From a bacterium (GTDB lineage Bacteria > Sysuimicrobiota > Sysuimicrobiia > Sysuimicrobiales > Segetimicrobiaceae): DNA of 64,000 nt. The DNA lies in NCBI GenBank assembly GCA_035691305.1, contig DASSJF010000038.1, forward strand, positions 3,312-67,311, in the 5' to 3' direction. A program made the position numbers and the translations under genes. Positions 40,064-50,841 of the stretch are shown piece after piece (within the stretch, counting starts at the first letter, position 1; each line of letters opens with the position of its first letter). The notes beneath the pieces were generated by a model. That model was not told the origin of the DNA and made no database searches. It saw nothing but the letters and a program-made list of their open reading frames with translations.

Positions 40064-40069
40064 CGGCGG

Positions 40070-40642
40070 CTAGAACCGGTCGCGGGCCTCCAACTCGCGG
40101 GCCAGGCGGGCGCGGTCGGCCGCGTCCGCGCCGGCCGGCTCGTCCCCCGCGGGAAGGGCGGGCGGCGCTGGCACGGCGGCCCGGGTGCCGGAGCGCGGCG
40201 CGCCCGCTCGGGCCGTCCAGCGACGGATAAGGAGCAGCGCGAGCCCCAACCCGCCGGCGAGCCCGGCGGCCGGACCCGCGTAGAGCAGCAGCGAGAACCC
40301 GCGCCGCGGCGGCTCGGCGAGCACGCTCTCCCCAAACTGGCCCACGAAAAAGCTCAATATCTGGGCCGGGGTCTCGCCGGCCTGAAGCTTGGCGCGGATG
40401 ACGTCGCGCATCTCCCGCGCGACCGCGGAATCGCTCTCTGCGACGGTCTGCCCCACGCAGACAGGACACATCAGCTGGCGCGCGACGGCGTAGACGCGGT
40501 CGTCGAGGGTGTCGGCGCGCGCGGCGGCCGGACGCCACGACGCCGCGGTCGCGGCCGCGAGCAGCACGAACGCGGCGGCAATTACATGGCGGCCGGCCGC
40601 GGGCCGGCCGGCACGAATCGCTCCCGCCTTACGCGCCGTCAC
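40070..40642 (-). CDS. ccmH: cytochrome c-type biogenesis protein CcmH/NrfF family
   Basis: Signal/TM helix, then RQLMCPVCVGQTVAESDS (CXXC heme-handling motif), a second TM helix and a Pro/Ala-rich tail. Confidence 0.8.
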   Translation of the reverse strand: MTARKAGAIRAGRPAAGRHVIAAAFVLLAAATAASWRPAAARADTLDDRVYAVARQLMCPVCVGQTVAESDSAVAREMRDVIRAKLQAGETPAQILSFFVGQFGESVLAEPPRRGFSLLLYAGPAAGLAGGLGLALLLIRRWTARAGAPRSGTRAAVPAPPALPAGDEPAGADAADRARLARELEARDRF

Positions 40643-40961
40643 GAGCGGTGCGGGGCCGCCGCCGAAGCCGGTCGAGGACGAGGGCGTATCCGTCCGCCCC
40701 GTAGGTCAGGAACCGCCGAACGCGGCTGATCGTCGCCGACGACGCCCCGGTGCGCTCCGCGATCTGCTGGTAGGTCCGTCCATCGGCCAGCATCCGCGCC
40801 ACCGCGAAGCGCTGGGCGAGCGCCTTCAATTCGCCGATCGTGCAGAGGTCCTCAAAGAACCGGTAGCATTCGTCGACGCTGCGCAGCCGCAGCACCGCGC
40901 GGAAGAGCGCGTCGGTCTCCGGCTCCCGCAGTTTCGGATTGACCACGGCGCGGCTGTTCAC
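40629..40961 (-). CDS. YerC/YecD-type TrpR-like DNA-binding protein
   Basis: 110 aa, ...ECYRFFEDLCTIGELKALAQRFAVARML..GRTYQQIAERTGASSATISRV.... GTG start with a GGGAGGA SD. Confidence 0.85.
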   Translation of the reverse strand: MNSRAVVNPKLREPETDALFRAVLRLRSVDECYRFFEDLCTIGELKALAQRFAVARMLADGRTYQQIAERTGASSATISRVRRFLTYGADGYALVLDRLRRRPRTARDGA

Positions 40962-41018
40962 GGCGGCGGTCCTCCCATTCTCTGCTACGCTGACGCGTGA
41001 AACCGCCGCGCAGTTCGG

Positions 41019-41939
41019 TCAGAGCCAGCGCTCCACCTCCTCCGCCTCGCCCTCGAGCCCCAGATCGCGCAGTGCCGCCGACGCGGCGGCCACGTCGTCG
41101 ACCGCCTCCGGGCGCCCGACCGCGAGGGCCGCGCGCGCGCGCGCTTTGGCGATCCGGGCGGCAAGATAGCGGTTCTCGGGGGGCGCCGCGCGCTCGGCCT
41201 GCCGGAGCAGCTCCTCCGCCCGGTCGACCGCGGACGATCGTGGATGCGCGCCCTCGACGAGCGCCGTCGCGACGTCGGCCCGGAACGCCGCGAGGCCCTC
41301 CGCGTCGCCCGCCGGCCAGCCGGCCAGGGCCGCCGCGGCGAGACGGTCCGCCTCCCGCAGCAGCCCGCGCGCTTCCGCCGCCGCGGAGGCGGAGCGGACG
41401 CCGTCCCCCGAGGGCCGCGTCCGCAGCGCGGCGAGCCGTCGAAGCAGGAGCGATTTTGTCGCCCGCGCGTGCGCCACCGCGTCGCCGGCGTGGAAGCGCT
41501 TCGCGAGCGCGAGGGTACGGTCGCACGCCGCGATCCCGTCCTCCGCGGCGCGCCCGGCCTCGGCGCCCGTCGTCAGGTCGGCCAGGTCGCGGTACGCGTC
41601 CTCGAGATAGGCGCGCAGCGGAACCGCGGCCGCTTCACCGGATTCCCGGCGCACGACGTTGAGCAGTTCCTGCGCCAGCACGACCGCGCGGCGCGCGTCC
41701 TCGGGGCGGCGGCGGAGACGTAGCGCGAGCGACAAGCCGATCAGTACGCCTTCGACGTCCGCGGCGCCGGTCTCCCCGCCGGGGCCGGCGGTCTCCGGAT
41801 CCGCGCGGCGCAGCAGGCGCTCGGCCTCCTCGAACGCGGCGACCGCCTCGGACAGATGCCGCGCGCCCTCCGCGAAAAAGGCGCGGAGCGCGCGCCAGCC
41901 CTCCGCGGCGCGCGTGCGTCCCGTGGGCCGCGCGTCCAC
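41019..41939 (-). CDS. hypothetical Ala/Arg/Glu/Leu-rich helical protein
   Basis: The only plausible frame in this interval, since the other frames are Arg/Pro shadow ORFs. Start is uncertain: GTG 41939 lies 12 nt after the upstream stop with no clear SD, and there are no Met codons. No family recognised. Confidence 0.4.
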   Translation of the reverse strand: MDARPTGRTRAAEGWRALRAFFAEGARHLSEAVAAFEEAERLLRRADPETAGPGGETGAADVEGVLIGLSLALRLRRRPEDARRAVVLAQELLNVVRRESGEAAAVPLRAYLEDAYRDLADLTTGAEAGRAAEDGIAACDRTLALAKRFHAGDAVAHARATKSLLLRRLAALRTRPSGDGVRSASAAAEARGLLREADRLAAAALAGWPAGDAEGLAAFRADVATALVEGAHPRSSAVDRAEELLRQAERAAPPENRYLAARIAKARARAALAVGRPEAVDDVAAASAALRDLGLEGEAEEVERWL

Positions 41940-41950
41940 GAGCGGGGCCG

Positions 41951-42664
41951 TCAGGCCGCGGACGGGAGCGCCGCGTCGCCGGCAGGGCGCCGCCGGTCGA
42001 GAATCAACACGCCGACGACCAGCGCCGCGGCGGCGGTCAGCTCCAGCGCGGTCCATACGACGTTCGAGTAGAGCCGAAGCGCGTACAGCAGCCCGAAGGC
42101 GAGAAAGACGCTCTGAAACAAGATGGCTGCGACGAGGTACGCGCCGCCCCGCCCGCGCGCCGCCCCCAGCGCGGCGAGCGCCGTTGACGCGGTGTTGGCG
42201 GCGACGAACGCGAGTTGCTGGAGCAGCGACACACCGAAGGCCGACGCGGAGCTGATCGGCAGGGCGCGGGCCATCAGCGCCAGGTGGATGACTTGATACG
42301 CGCCGACCACCGCGAACCCGGCGCCGGCCGCGGCCCCGAACGCGTACGGCGCCCCGCCGCGCGACAGTCGCCACGCAAGCAGCGCCGCCGCAAGCGTGAA
42401 TACCTCGTTCACGGTCGCGGTCACGACCGCACCTGCGAGCCCCGGACCGAGCGTCATCGCGATCGCGTCGGGTCCCCAGCCGAACAGGGACGCCAATAGG
42501 AGCTGAATCGAGAAAACCAGGAAGACCGTCAGGGGGAAAGCGATACTGCCGGCCGCGAACGCGACAAGAAGCCAAGGCCGCAAGGACCTGGACCCGCCCA
42601 TCACGGCGACCGCCGCCGCCAGCCCGTACCCGAGCGCGAGCCCGGCGGCCGCGGGCATCACCAA
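41951..42664 (-). CDS. polytopic membrane protein, family not recognised
   Basis: 237 aa, about 7 hydrophobic helices. Start cluster TTG-GTG-ATG at 42664..42656. A promoter-like element lies upstream. Confidence 0.6.
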   Translation of the reverse strand: MVMPAAAGLALGYGLAAAVAVMGGSRSLRPWLLVAFAAGSIAFPLTVFLVFSIQLLLASLFGWGPDAIAMTLGPGLAGAVVTATVNEVFTLAAALLAWRLSRGGAPYAFGAAAGAGFAVVGAYQVIHLALMARALPISSASAFGVSLLQQLAFVAANTASTALAALGAARGRGGAYLVAAILFQSVFLAFGLLYALRLYSNVVWTALELTAAAALVVGVLILDRRRPAGDAALPSAA

Positions 42665-42693
42665 TGCGCGCTGTCTGAACGCACGACAGGGTT

Positions 42694-42723
42694 ATTGTAG
42701 GCTCGGCACGCGCGCAAATGCAA
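42694..42723 (-). promoter_or_regulatory. candidate promoter for the 42664 membrane-protein gene
   Basis: Minus strand reads TTGCAT (42723..42718), an 18-nt spacer, then TACAAT (42699..42694). The short leader contains a CTGTC...GACAG hairpin. Confidence 0.45.
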
Positions 42724-42813
42724 GCAAGACGACGCGATCGTCACCCGGACGAGAGCGCCGGCGGTCGTACGGCGGGTTCCCCTACACGGCCCGGGGCCGC
42801 GGTCGGGTTTTGA

Positions 42814-43071
42814 TTACGCGGTTGCCGGCGCGCGGCCGCAGCGCTCGGGCTTGAGCACGCGCACCGTCGAGGCGGGATGCCGGGCCAACGCGGCCGCGGG
42901 CCGGATCGGGCGCGGAACGAGGCCGCCGCCGCAGTTCGGACACCGGCCGCGGAGAATCCTCTCCGCGCAGCCGCGGCAGAAGGTGCACTCGAAGGAACAG
43001 ATCATCGCGTCCGCCGCATCCGGCGGGAGATCTCGGTCGCAGCACTCGCAGTTGGGACGAATCTCCAACAT
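42814..43071 (-). CDS. DUF1272 zinc-ribbon protein
   Basis: 85 aa, MLEIRPNCECCDRDLPPDAADAMICSFECTFCRGCAERILRGRCPNCGGGLVPRPIRP is the DUF1272 Cys pattern. Starts 14 nt after the leuB stop. Confidence 0.85.
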   Translation of the reverse strand: MLEIRPNCECCDRDLPPDAADAMICSFECTFCRGCAERILRGRCPNCGGGLVPRPIRPAAALARHPASTVRVLKPERCGRAPATA

Positions 43072-43085
43072 CGCCCGCCTCGCCC

Positions 43086-44165
43086 TCAGGACAGCCGGGC
43101 CAGCACCGCGTCGGCCATCGCCGCGGTCCCGAGCGCCGGCCCGTTTCCGGCCATGTCGGCCGTGCGACAGCCGTCCGCGAGCGCCTGGACGACGGCGATC
43201 TCGATCGCCGACGCCGCGGCTTCGTGCTCGGCGCCGTAGCGCAGCAGCAGCGCGCCCGTCAGAATCGCCGCGAGCGGATTCGCGATCCCGCGGCCGGCGA
43301 TGTCCGGCGCCGTGCCGTGCACCGGCTCGAACAGGCCGGGCGCCGCATCGCCGAGGCTGGCCGACGGCATCAACCCGAGCGTGCCCATCACACCCGCGGC
43401 CTCATCGCTCAGGATGTCGCCGAACATGTTGTCCGTCACGATCACGTCGAACTGCTTCGGGTCGCGCACGAGCTGCATCGCGCAGTTGTCCACCAGCATA
43501 TGCTCGAGTGTCACGTCTGCGAACTCGCGCCCGACCTCCGCGGCCACTTCGCGCCACAACCGGGAGGTCTCGAGCACGTTGGCTTTGTCGACCGACGTGA
43601 CCTTGCGCCGCGGGCGTGTACGCGCGAACCGGCACGCCGCGCGGACGACCCGGCGCACCTCTCCCGCCGAATACGGCAGGGTGTCCTGCGCGGTGGCCGC
43701 CTCGCCTTCCCCGGTGCGCGACTGCGGCCCGAAGTAGAGGCCGCCGGTGAGCTCGCGCACGATCAGCATGTCCACGCCCTCGGCCAGCTCGCGCCGCAGA
43801 GGCGACGCGCCGACGAGCGGCCCGCGCACGACCGCGGGGCGGAGGTTGGCGTAGAGCCCGAACCGCCGGCGCAGCGTGAACAACGCCTGCTCCGGCCGAA
43901 GGTGCCGCGGCCCCTTGTCCCACTTTGGGCCGCCGCACGCGCCGAGGAGAATCGCGTTCGAGCGGGCGCACAGATTGACCGTTTCGTCCGGAATCGGATC
44001 GCCGGTCGCGTCGATCGCGGCGCCGCCGGCGATGCCCTGTTCGAACGAGAGCGAGATCTCGAACCGCCGCCCGGCCTCACGGAGGACCCGCACCGCCTGC
44101 GTGACCACCTCGGGGCCGATCCCGTCGCCGGGAACGACCGCGATCTGCATGGCGCGCCCGCTCAC
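43086..44165 (-). CDS. leuB: 3-isopropylmalate dehydrogenase
   Basis: ...IAVVPGDGIGPEV...NLRP...DIVRELTGG-like blocks...NMFGDILSDEA. GTG 44165 (GTGA overlap) or ATG 44150. Confidence 0.95.
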   Translation of the reverse strand: MSGRAMQIAVVPGDGIGPEVVTQAVRVLREAGRRFEISLSFEQGIAGGAAIDATGDPIPDETVNLCARSNAILLGACGGPKWDKGPRHLRPEQALFTLRRRFGLYANLRPAVVRGPLVGASPLRRELAEGVDMLIVRELTGGLYFGPQSRTGEGEAATAQDTLPYSAGEVRRVVRAACRFARTRPRRKVTSVDKANVLETSRLWREVAAEVGREFADVTLEHMLVDNCAMQLVRDPKQFDVIVTDNMFGDILSDEAAGVMGTLGLMPSASLGDAAPGLFEPVHGTAPDIAGRGIANPLAAILTGALLLRYGAEHEAAASAIEIAVVQALADGCRTADMAGNGPALGTAAMADAVLARLS

Positions 44166-45790
44166 GGGCGGACGCCCGGGCGCCCTGCCCCGGCCCCGGC
44201 GGGGACCGCGCGGCCTGCGACCTCCGCGCGCAGGAGCACGTACTCGAGGCTGTCGGCCAGCGCCTGCCAGGACGCTTCTACCACGTTTTCGGAGACGCCG
44301 ACGGTGCCCCAGGTGTTCGTCCCGTCGGTGGACTGGATCAGCACGCGCACGCGTGCGGCGGTCGCCGCGTCCGCGTTGAGCACGCGCACCTTGTAGTCAG
44401 TCAGGCGCACGCGCTGGATCGCCGGGTAGAAGCGCCCGAGCGCCTTCCGCAGCGCGCGGTCGAGCGCGTTCACCGGACCGTCGCCCTCCGCGGCGGTGTG
44501 CTCTTCCTGGCCCTCGACCGCGACCTTGATCGTGGCCTCCGCCGCGCTTGCGCCGCCGCCCCGCTTCTCGACCGTCACCCGCAGGCCGAGCAGGGTGAAC
44601 GAGGGCCGGTGCTGACCGAGGATCCGCCGCATGAGCAGCTCGAACGAGGCCTCCGCGGCCTCGAACTGGTATCCTTCGTGCTCCAGCCGCTTGAGCTCCG
44701 CCAGGATCCGGCGGACCTCCGGCCGGTCGCGCGAGAGGTCGATGCCCATCTCCTGCGCTTTGTACATGACGTTGGCGCGCCCCGAGAGATCGCTCACCAC
44801 GACGCGACGCGCGTTGCCCACCGCCTCCGGCGCGATGTGCTCGTAGGTCGGCGGGTGGGCCATCACGGCGCTGACGTGCACGCCGCCCTTGTGCGCGAAC
44901 GCGTTCTGTCCGACGAACGGCTGGTACTCGTCCGGGGTGAGGTTGGCCAGCTCGGCGACGTAGCGCGACACCTCGCCGAGCCGCACGAGGTGCTCCCCCG
45001 GCAGGCAGCGGTAGCCCATCTTCAGCTGGAGGTTCGGAATAATGGAGACGAGGTTCGCGTTGCCGCAGCGCTCGCCGATCCCGTTGATCGTGCCTTGGAC
45101 GTGCACGCAGCCGGCCTCGACCGCGACCAGCGTGTTCGCCACGCCGAGCTCACCGTCGTTGTGCGTGTGGATGCCGAGCGGCCCCGCGACCGTCCCGCGC
45201 GCCGCCTCGACGCCCTTGCGGATTTCGTGCGGGAGGCAGCCGCCGTTCGTGTCGCAGAGCGCGACGACCGATGCGCCGGCGCGCTCCGCCGCGCGGAGGG
45301 TGGCGAGCGCGTAGTCCGGGTTGGCCTTCCAGCCGTCGAAGAAGTGCTCGGCGTCGTAGACGACCTCGAGGCCGCGCGACCGCAGGTAGCGGACCGAATC
45401 CTCGATCATGGCCAGGTTCTCGTCGAGGGTCGTGTGAAGCGCTTCGCGCACGTGCAGATCCCAGGATTTGCCGAAGAGCGCCGCGGCCGGTGTGGCCGCG
45501 GCGAGGATCAGGTTGAGGTTCTCGTCGTCTTGGGCCGGGATCCCGGGCCGCCGGGTGCTGCCGAACGCGGTGAGACGGGCGTGACGCCACGTCCGGCCGC
45601 GGGCCCGCTCGAAGAACTCCATGTCCTTCGGATTGCTGCCGGGCCAGCCCCCTTCAACATAGTCGAGGCCGAACGCGTCGAGGTACTCCGCGATCCGCAA
45701 CTTGTCGTCGGCGGACAACGTGATGCCCGCCCCCTGGGTGCCGTCCCGGAGGGTCGTGTCGTAGAGCGCGATGCGCCCGCCGTTCGGCAT
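44162..45790 (-). CDS. cimA: (R)-citramalate synthase
   Basis: 542 aa, IALYDTTLRDGTQGAGITLSADDKLRIAEYLDAFGLDYVEGGWPGSNPKD is a CimA-type N-terminus, plus a C-terminal LeuA-dimer regulatory domain. Confidence 0.9.
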   Translation of the reverse strand: MPNGGRIALYDTTLRDGTQGAGITLSADDKLRIAEYLDAFGLDYVEGGWPGSNPKDMEFFERARGRTWRHARLTAFGSTRRPGIPAQDDENLNLILAAATPAAALFGKSWDLHVREALHTTLDENLAMIEDSVRYLRSRGLEVVYDAEHFFDGWKANPDYALATLRAAERAGASVVALCDTNGGCLPHEIRKGVEAARGTVAGPLGIHTHNDGELGVANTLVAVEAGCVHVQGTINGIGERCGNANLVSIIPNLQLKMGYRCLPGEHLVRLGEVSRYVAELANLTPDEYQPFVGQNAFAHKGGVHVSAVMAHPPTYEHIAPEAVGNARRVVVSDLSGRANVMYKAQEMGIDLSRDRPEVRRILAELKRLEHEGYQFEAAEASFELLMRRILGQHRPSFTLLGLRVTVEKRGGGASAAEATIKVAVEGQEEHTAAEGDGPVNALDRALRKALGRFYPAIQRVRLTDYKVRVLNADAATAARVRVLIQSTDGTNTWGTVGVSENVVEASWQALADSLEYVLLRAEVAGRAVPAGAGAGRPGVRP

Positions 45791-45794
45791 TCGT

Positions 45795-47330
45795 CTAGCC
45801 GCCGTAGGTGTTGCTCATCCAGTGCTCGCGCTCGTAGATGAGCTTGTTGACCGCGGTGAGGTAGGCCTTCGCGCTCGCCTCCAGCACGTCGGTGCTGGTT
45901 CCGCGGCCGACGAACAGGCCGTCGCCGTCCCGCACCTTCACCGTGGCTTCGCCGAGCGCGTCGGTGCCGACGGTCACGGCCTTGATCGCGTAGTCGGCCA
46001 GGGTCGGGGAGAGGCCGGTGATCTTGTTGACGGCGTTGTAGATCGCGTCGACCGGGCCGTCGCCGCTCGCCTCCTCCGTGAACAGCTCGCGGCCGCGCGC
46101 GAGGGTGACGGACGCCATCGGCGGGAGCGTGCTGCTCGTCGAGACGTGGAAGGCACGGAGGGCGTAGGTCTGCGGCCCCTGCCCCTCGCTCTCGACGAGC
46201 GAGAGGATGTCCTCGACCGAGACCTGCTTCTTCTTGTCGCAGAGCACCTTGAACTCGACGAACGCCCGCTCGACTTCGGCGTCGCTCAGCTTGAGGCCGT
46301 TTTCCTCGAGCAGGTTCTTGAAGGCGTGGCGGCCGGAGTGCTTCCCGAGCACGAGCTTGTTGCTCGGGATACCGATCGTCTGCGGCGTCATGATCTCGTA
46401 GGTCTCGCGGTTCATGAGGACGCCGTGCTGGTGAATCCCGGCTTCGTGCGCGAACGCGTTGTCGCCGACGATCGCCTTGTTCGGCTGAACGGGCACGCCG
46501 GCGATCGCGCTGATCAGCCGGCTGGTGCGGTAGATCTTCGTCGTGTCGATCCCGGTCTCGCAGCCGTAGTAGCCGCGGCGCGTGTGCAGCGCCATGACGA
46601 TCTCTTCCAGCGCGGCGTTGCCGGCCCGCTCGCCGATGCCGTTGATCGTGCCTTCGATCTGACGCACGCCGACGCGCAGCGCGGCGAGCGAGTTGGCGAC
46701 GGCCAGCCCGAGGTCGTCATGACAGTGCACACTCCAGACGACCTTGTCGCCGCCCCGGGTGTGCTCGATGCAGAACTTGAGCAGCGCCGCGTATTCCTCC
46801 GGCGTCGCGTAACCGGTCGTGTCCGGGACATTGATCGTCGTCGCACCCGCCGCGATCGCGCCGTCGAACACGCGCACCAGGAACGCGGGATCCGACCGGC
46901 TCGCGTCCTCCGCCGAGAACTCGACGTCTTCCACCGACCGCCGCGCGAGCCGCACGGCCGCGACCGAGGCCTCGTAGACCTGGTCCGGCGTCATGCGCAG
47001 CTTATGCTCCATGTGGATCGGGGACGTGGCGATGAAGGTGTGGATGCGCGGGCGCTCCGCCTCGCGCACGCCCTCGATCGCCGCCTCGACGTCGCCGCGA
47101 TTCGCGCGGGCGAGGCCGGCGATCACGGGCCCGCGCACCTCGCGGGCGATCAGCTGCACGCCTTCGAGATCGCCGGGCGAACTCGCCGGGAAGCCGGCTT
47201 CGATGATGTCGACCCGCAGCGCGGCGAGCGCGCGGGCAACCTCGAGCTTCTCCTGCGTGTTCATGGTGAAGCCCGGCGACTGCTCGCCGTCCCGCAGCGT
47301 GGTATCGAAGATCCGGATCATCTCGCCCAT
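45795..47330 (-). CDS. leuA: 2-isopropylmalate synthase
   Basis: Trimmed to ATG 47330 (GGAGGAGAAGGG SD). [16 protein letters not shown]...[16 protein letters not shown]... Confidence 0.95.
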   Translation of the reverse strand: MGEMIRIFDTTLRDGEQSPGFTMNTQEKLEVARALAALRVDIIEAGFPASSPGDLEGVQLIAREVRGPVIAGLARANRGDVEAAIEGVREAERPRIHTFIATSPIHMEHKLRMTPDQVYEASVAAVRLARRSVEDVEFSAEDASRSDPAFLVRVFDGAIAAGATTINVPDTTGYATPEEYAALLKFCIEHTRGGDKVVWSVHCHDDLGLAVANSLAALRVGVRQIEGTINGIGERAGNAALEEIVMALHTRRGYYGCETGIDTTKIYRTSRLISAIAGVPVQPNKAIVGDNAFAHEAGIHQHGVLMNRETYEIMTPQTIGIPSNKLVLGKHSGRHAFKNLLEENGLKLSDAEVERAFVEFKVLCDKKKQVSVEDILSLVESEGQGPQTYALRAFHVSTSSTLPPMASVTLARGRELFTEEASGDGPVDAIYNAVNKITGLSPTLADYAIKAVTVGTDALGEATVKVRDGDGLFVGRGTSTDVLEASAKAYLTAVNKLIYEREHWMSNTYGG

Positions 47331-47435
47331 CCCTTCTCCTCCCCCTCCGGCCTCGCGAATGCGGGGCCGTGATCCGCGCGCGGCCCGCCGCGTCCCTCGC
47401 GGGGACAAGCCGGCGGAATGCGCCGGCGCGGCCGC

Positions 47436-48506
47436 CTACCGCTTGGCACGCGCCTCGGTTTTCCGAGACCCGGCCTTCGCTCCCGCGCCGTCCTGCCCGG
47501 GCACGGAGATGTCCCGCTTCAGCCACGGCATCATCGCGCGCAGCTGCCGCCCGATCTCCTCGATCGGATGATCGGCTTCCTGACGGTAGCGCGCGTTGAA
47601 CACCGGGCGCCCCGCCTCGTTCTCGAGGATCCACTCCTTGGCGAACGCACCGCTCTGGATCTCCGCCAGGATGCGGCGCATCTCGGCCCGCGTCTCGTCG
47701 GTGATGATCCGGCGGCCCCGTGTGAAGTCGCCGAACTTCGCGGTGTTGCTGACGGAATAGCGCATCAGGCCCAGGCCGCCCTCGTAGATGAGGTCGACGA
47801 TGAGCTTCATCTCGTGCAGGCACTCGAAGTACGCGATCTCCGGAGCGTAGCCGGCGGCGACGAGCGTCTCGTACCCCGCCTTGATCAGCTCGGAGATGCC
47901 GCCGCACAGCACGGTCTGCTCGCCGAAGAGGTCGCTCTCGGTCTCCTCGCGGAACGTGGTCTCGATGACCCCGGCGCGCAGGCTGCCGATGCCGTGCGCG
48001 TACGCGAGCGCGGTCGTGCGGGCCTTGCCCGTATGGTCCTGGTGGACCGCGAGCAGCGACGGTACGCCCTTCCCCTCGACGTACATCCGGCGCAGCAGGT
48101 GGCCGGGGCTCTTCGGCGCGATCATGAACACGTCCGCGTCCGCCGGCGGCACGATCTGATGGAAGTGGATGCTGAACCCGTGGGAGAGGCCGAGCGCCTT
48201 GCCGGCCGTGAGGTGCGGCGCGATCTCCTCGCGGTACACCCGGGCCTGAATCTCGTCCGGAATCAGAATCTGAATGATGTCGCACTGAGCGGCGGCCTGG
48301 GAGACCGTCGCGACCTCGAGGCCGTCCGCCTGGGCCTGCTCCCAAGACCGGCTGCCCCTATACAGCCCAACCACGACGGAGACGCCGCTGTCGTGCAGGT
48401 TTTGGGCCTGGGCGTGCCCCTGGCTGCCGTAGCCGATCACCGCGACCCGGCGGCCGCGGAGCACGTTCAGGTTGGCGTCCTGTTCGTAATAGACCTTGGC
48501 CGGCAT
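47436..48506 (-). CDS. ilvC: ketol-acid reductoisomerase (class I)
   Basis: [37 protein letters not shown]... Confidence 0.95.
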   Translation of the reverse strand: MPAKVYYEQDANLNVLRGRRVAVIGYGSQGHAQAQNLHDSGVSVVVGLYRGSRSWEQAQADGLEVATVSQAAAQCDIIQILIPDEIQARVYREEIAPHLTAGKALGLSHGFSIHFHQIVPPADADVFMIAPKSPGHLLRRMYVEGKGVPSLLAVHQDHTGKARTTALAYAHGIGSLRAGVIETTFREETESDLFGEQTVLCGGISELIKAGYETLVAAGYAPEIAYFECLHEMKLIVDLIYEGGLGLMRYSVSNTAKFGDFTRGRRIITDETRAEMRRILAEIQSGAFAKEWILENEAGRPVFNARYRQEADHPIEEIGRQLRAMMPWLKRDISVPGQDGAGAKAGSRKTEARAKR

Positions 48507-48541
48507 CGCTGCGCCGCCTCCCTTGGGGCTCGCCCCGAAGA

Positions 48542-49090
48542 TTACGTAGGTTGGGTGCCGCGCACGAGGGTCACCTGACCCGTCCGGACCATCTCGCGCA
48601 CGCCGTACTTCGAAAGCAGTTGGAGAATCGCGTCGATCTTGTCGGACCGGCCCGTGACCTCGAGCGTCATCGTCTTTTCCGTCAGGTCGACGACGCTCGC
48701 GCGGAATACGTTGCTGATCTCCATGATCTCCATCCGCGTCTGCGGGGTCGCGTTGAGCTTGATCAGCGCGAGCTCGCGGTCGACGGTGTTGAAACCGGTG
48801 ACGTCGTTGACCTTGATCGTCTCGATCACCTTGTTGAGCTGCTTGATGATCTGCTCGAGAATCTCCGGCTCGCCCTCGACGACGATGATCATCCGCGACA
48901 CGGTGGGCTGCTCGGTCACGCCGACAGCCAGGCTGTGGATGTTGTAGCCGCGGCGGCGGAACAGGCCGGCAACCTTCATCAGCACGCCCGGCGCGTTGTC
49001 CACCAGCACGGAGATGGTGTGCTTCATCGGGCGCTGCGTCCGCGGCGCGGTCTCGTTGAGGGCCTCAGTCGCGGATGCGATCATCTTCAA
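48542..49090 (-). CDS. ilvN: acetolactate synthase small (regulatory) subunit
   Basis: TTG 49090 (AAGGAG 7 nt upstream) or ATG 49084. [34 protein letters not shown] is the ACT domain. Overlaps the ilvB end. Confidence 0.9.
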   Translation of the reverse strand: MKMIASATEALNETAPRTQRPMKHTISVLVDNAPGVLMKVAGLFRRRGYNIHSLAVGVTEQPTVSRMIIVVEGEPEILEQIIKQLNKVIETIKVNDVTGFNTVDRELALIKLNATPQTRMEIMEISNVFRASVVDLTEKTMTLEVTGRSDKIDAILQLLSKYGVREMVRTGQVTLVRGTQPT

Positions 49091-50807
49091 CGATCATCTC
49101 CTTGATCGACTGGCCCGACGGGATCATCGGGTAGCAGTTCTCGTCCGGATCGCAGAAGATGTCGACCACGCACGGCCGGTCCGTGACCTCGAGCGAGCGG
49201 CGCACCGCGGGCCCGACCTCGTCCGGCCGCCGGACGCTGATGCCCACCGCCCCGAACGCATCCGCCACCTTGGCGAAGTCCGGGTTTTTGAGGAAGACGT
49301 GCGAGTACCGCTCCCGATAGAACAGTTGCTGCCACTGCCGGACCATGCCGAGCGACCCGTTGTTGATGATGTAGACCTTGATCGGCAGGCCCCACTCCAC
49401 GGCCGTCGCGAGGTCCTGCATCGTCATCTGGTAGCCGCCGTCGCCGACGATCGCGCACACCAGCGCGTTCGGCCTGCCGATCTGGGCGCCGAGCGCCGCC
49501 GGGAAGCCGAAGCCCATCGTCCCGAGACCGCCGGAGCTGACCCAGGTACGCGGCTCCGTCGTGAGGTAGAACTGCGCCGCCCACATCTGGTGCTGGCCGA
49601 CGTCGGTCGCGACGATCGCCTTCCCCTCGGTGATCTTGTAGATCTCCGCGATCGCGAACTGCGGCTTGATCCCGTCGCCGTTCTGCCGGTAGCGCAGCGG
49701 GAAACGCGCCTTCCACTCCGCGAGCTGCGCGTGCCAGGGCTCGCACGCCGGCGCCGTAACCTGCGCCGCCAGCACCCGCAGCGACTCGCGGGCGTCACCG
49801 ACGATCGGCACCGCCGCCGGTTTGATCTTGCCGATCTCCGCCGGGTCGACGTCGACGTGGATGAACTTGGCGTGCGGCGCGAAGTCCTTCACGCGCCCGG
49901 TCACGCGGTCGTCGAAGCGCACGCCGACGGCGAGGACGACGTCCGCCGTGTTGATCGCGTGGTTCGCGTACGCCGTGCCGTGCATGCCGAGCATGCCGAG
50001 CGACAGCGGGTCCGTCTCGGGAAAGCCGCCCTTGCCCATCAGCGTCGTCGTGACCGGGATGCGCGTCTGGCGCGCGAGCGTGGTCAGCTCCGCGGCTCCG
50101 TTCGCGGTGATGACGCCGCCGCCGGCGTAGATGAGGGGACGTGAGGCGCCGGAGAGCAGCGCGGCCGCCGCCGCGATCTGGTTCGGGCTCGGCACGGCCG
50201 GCGGGATCTTCCCGCTGCGCAGCGTCACCTGTTCAGGAAATTCGAAGTCGTGCTCCGCCGCGGCGATGTCGCGCGGGATGTCGACAAGGACCGGACCCGG
50301 CCGGCCGCTGCCGGCGATCAGGAACGCCTGCAGCACGAGGCGCGGAAGCTCGTCCGGCTTCTGCACGATGCAGTTGTGCTTGGTGACCGGCATCGTGATG
50401 CCCGTCACGTCGGCTTCCTGGAACGCGTCGCGGCCGATCGCGAGCGTGCTGACTTGGCCGGTAATCGCGACGATCCCGGCGGAGTCCATCATCGCGTCGG
50501 TGATGCCGGTGATCAGGTTCGTCGCGCCCGGGCCCGACGTCGCCATGCACACGCCGACTTTGCCGGTGACGCGGTGGTACCCGGTCGCCGCGTGCGCCGC
50601 CACCTGCTCGTGGCGGACGAGGACATGGCGGATGCCCCGCGCGTCGTACAGCGCGTCGTAGAGCGGGAGCGCGGCGCCGCCCGGATGGCCGAAGATGACC
50701 TCGACGCCGGCCCGGTGCAGGCATTCGATCAGCGCCTGCGATCCCAGCATGCGTTTCACCGTGGTCGCCGGCCCCGGCTTCACCGTAGACGTCGTCTGAC
50801 GCGTCAT
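49065..50807 (-). CDS. ilvB: acetolactate synthase large subunit
   Basis: Trimmed to ATG 50807 (GGGAGGAA SD). ...[24 protein letters not shown]...[15 protein letters not shown]...IVGDGGYQM (ThDP motif). Confidence 0.95.
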   Translation of the reverse strand: MTRQTTSTVKPGPATTVKRMLGSQALIECLHRAGVEVIFGHPGGAALPLYDALYDARGIRHVLVRHEQVAAHAATGYHRVTGKVGVCMATSGPGATNLITGITDAMMDSAGIVAITGQVSTLAIGRDAFQEADVTGITMPVTKHNCIVQKPDELPRLVLQAFLIAGSGRPGPVLVDIPRDIAAAEHDFEFPEQVTLRSGKIPPAVPSPNQIAAAAALLSGASRPLIYAGGGVITANGAAELTTLARQTRIPVTTTLMGKGGFPETDPLSLGMLGMHGTAYANHAINTADVVLAVGVRFDDRVTGRVKDFAPHAKFIHVDVDPAEIGKIKPAAVPIVGDARESLRVLAAQVTAPACEPWHAQLAEWKARFPLRYRQNGDGIKPQFAIAEIYKITEGKAIVATDVGQHQMWAAQFYLTTEPRTWVSSGGLGTMGFGFPAALGAQIGRPNALVCAIVGDGGYQMTMQDLATAVEWGLPIKVYIINNGSLGMVRQWQQLFYRERYSHVFLKNPDFAKVADAFGAVGISVRRPDEVGPAVRRSLEVTDRPCVVDIFCDPDENCYPMIPSGQSIKEMIVEDDRIRD

Positions 50808-50841
50808 CTCACTGTTCCTCCCTCGAATAACGCTGCCGGCC

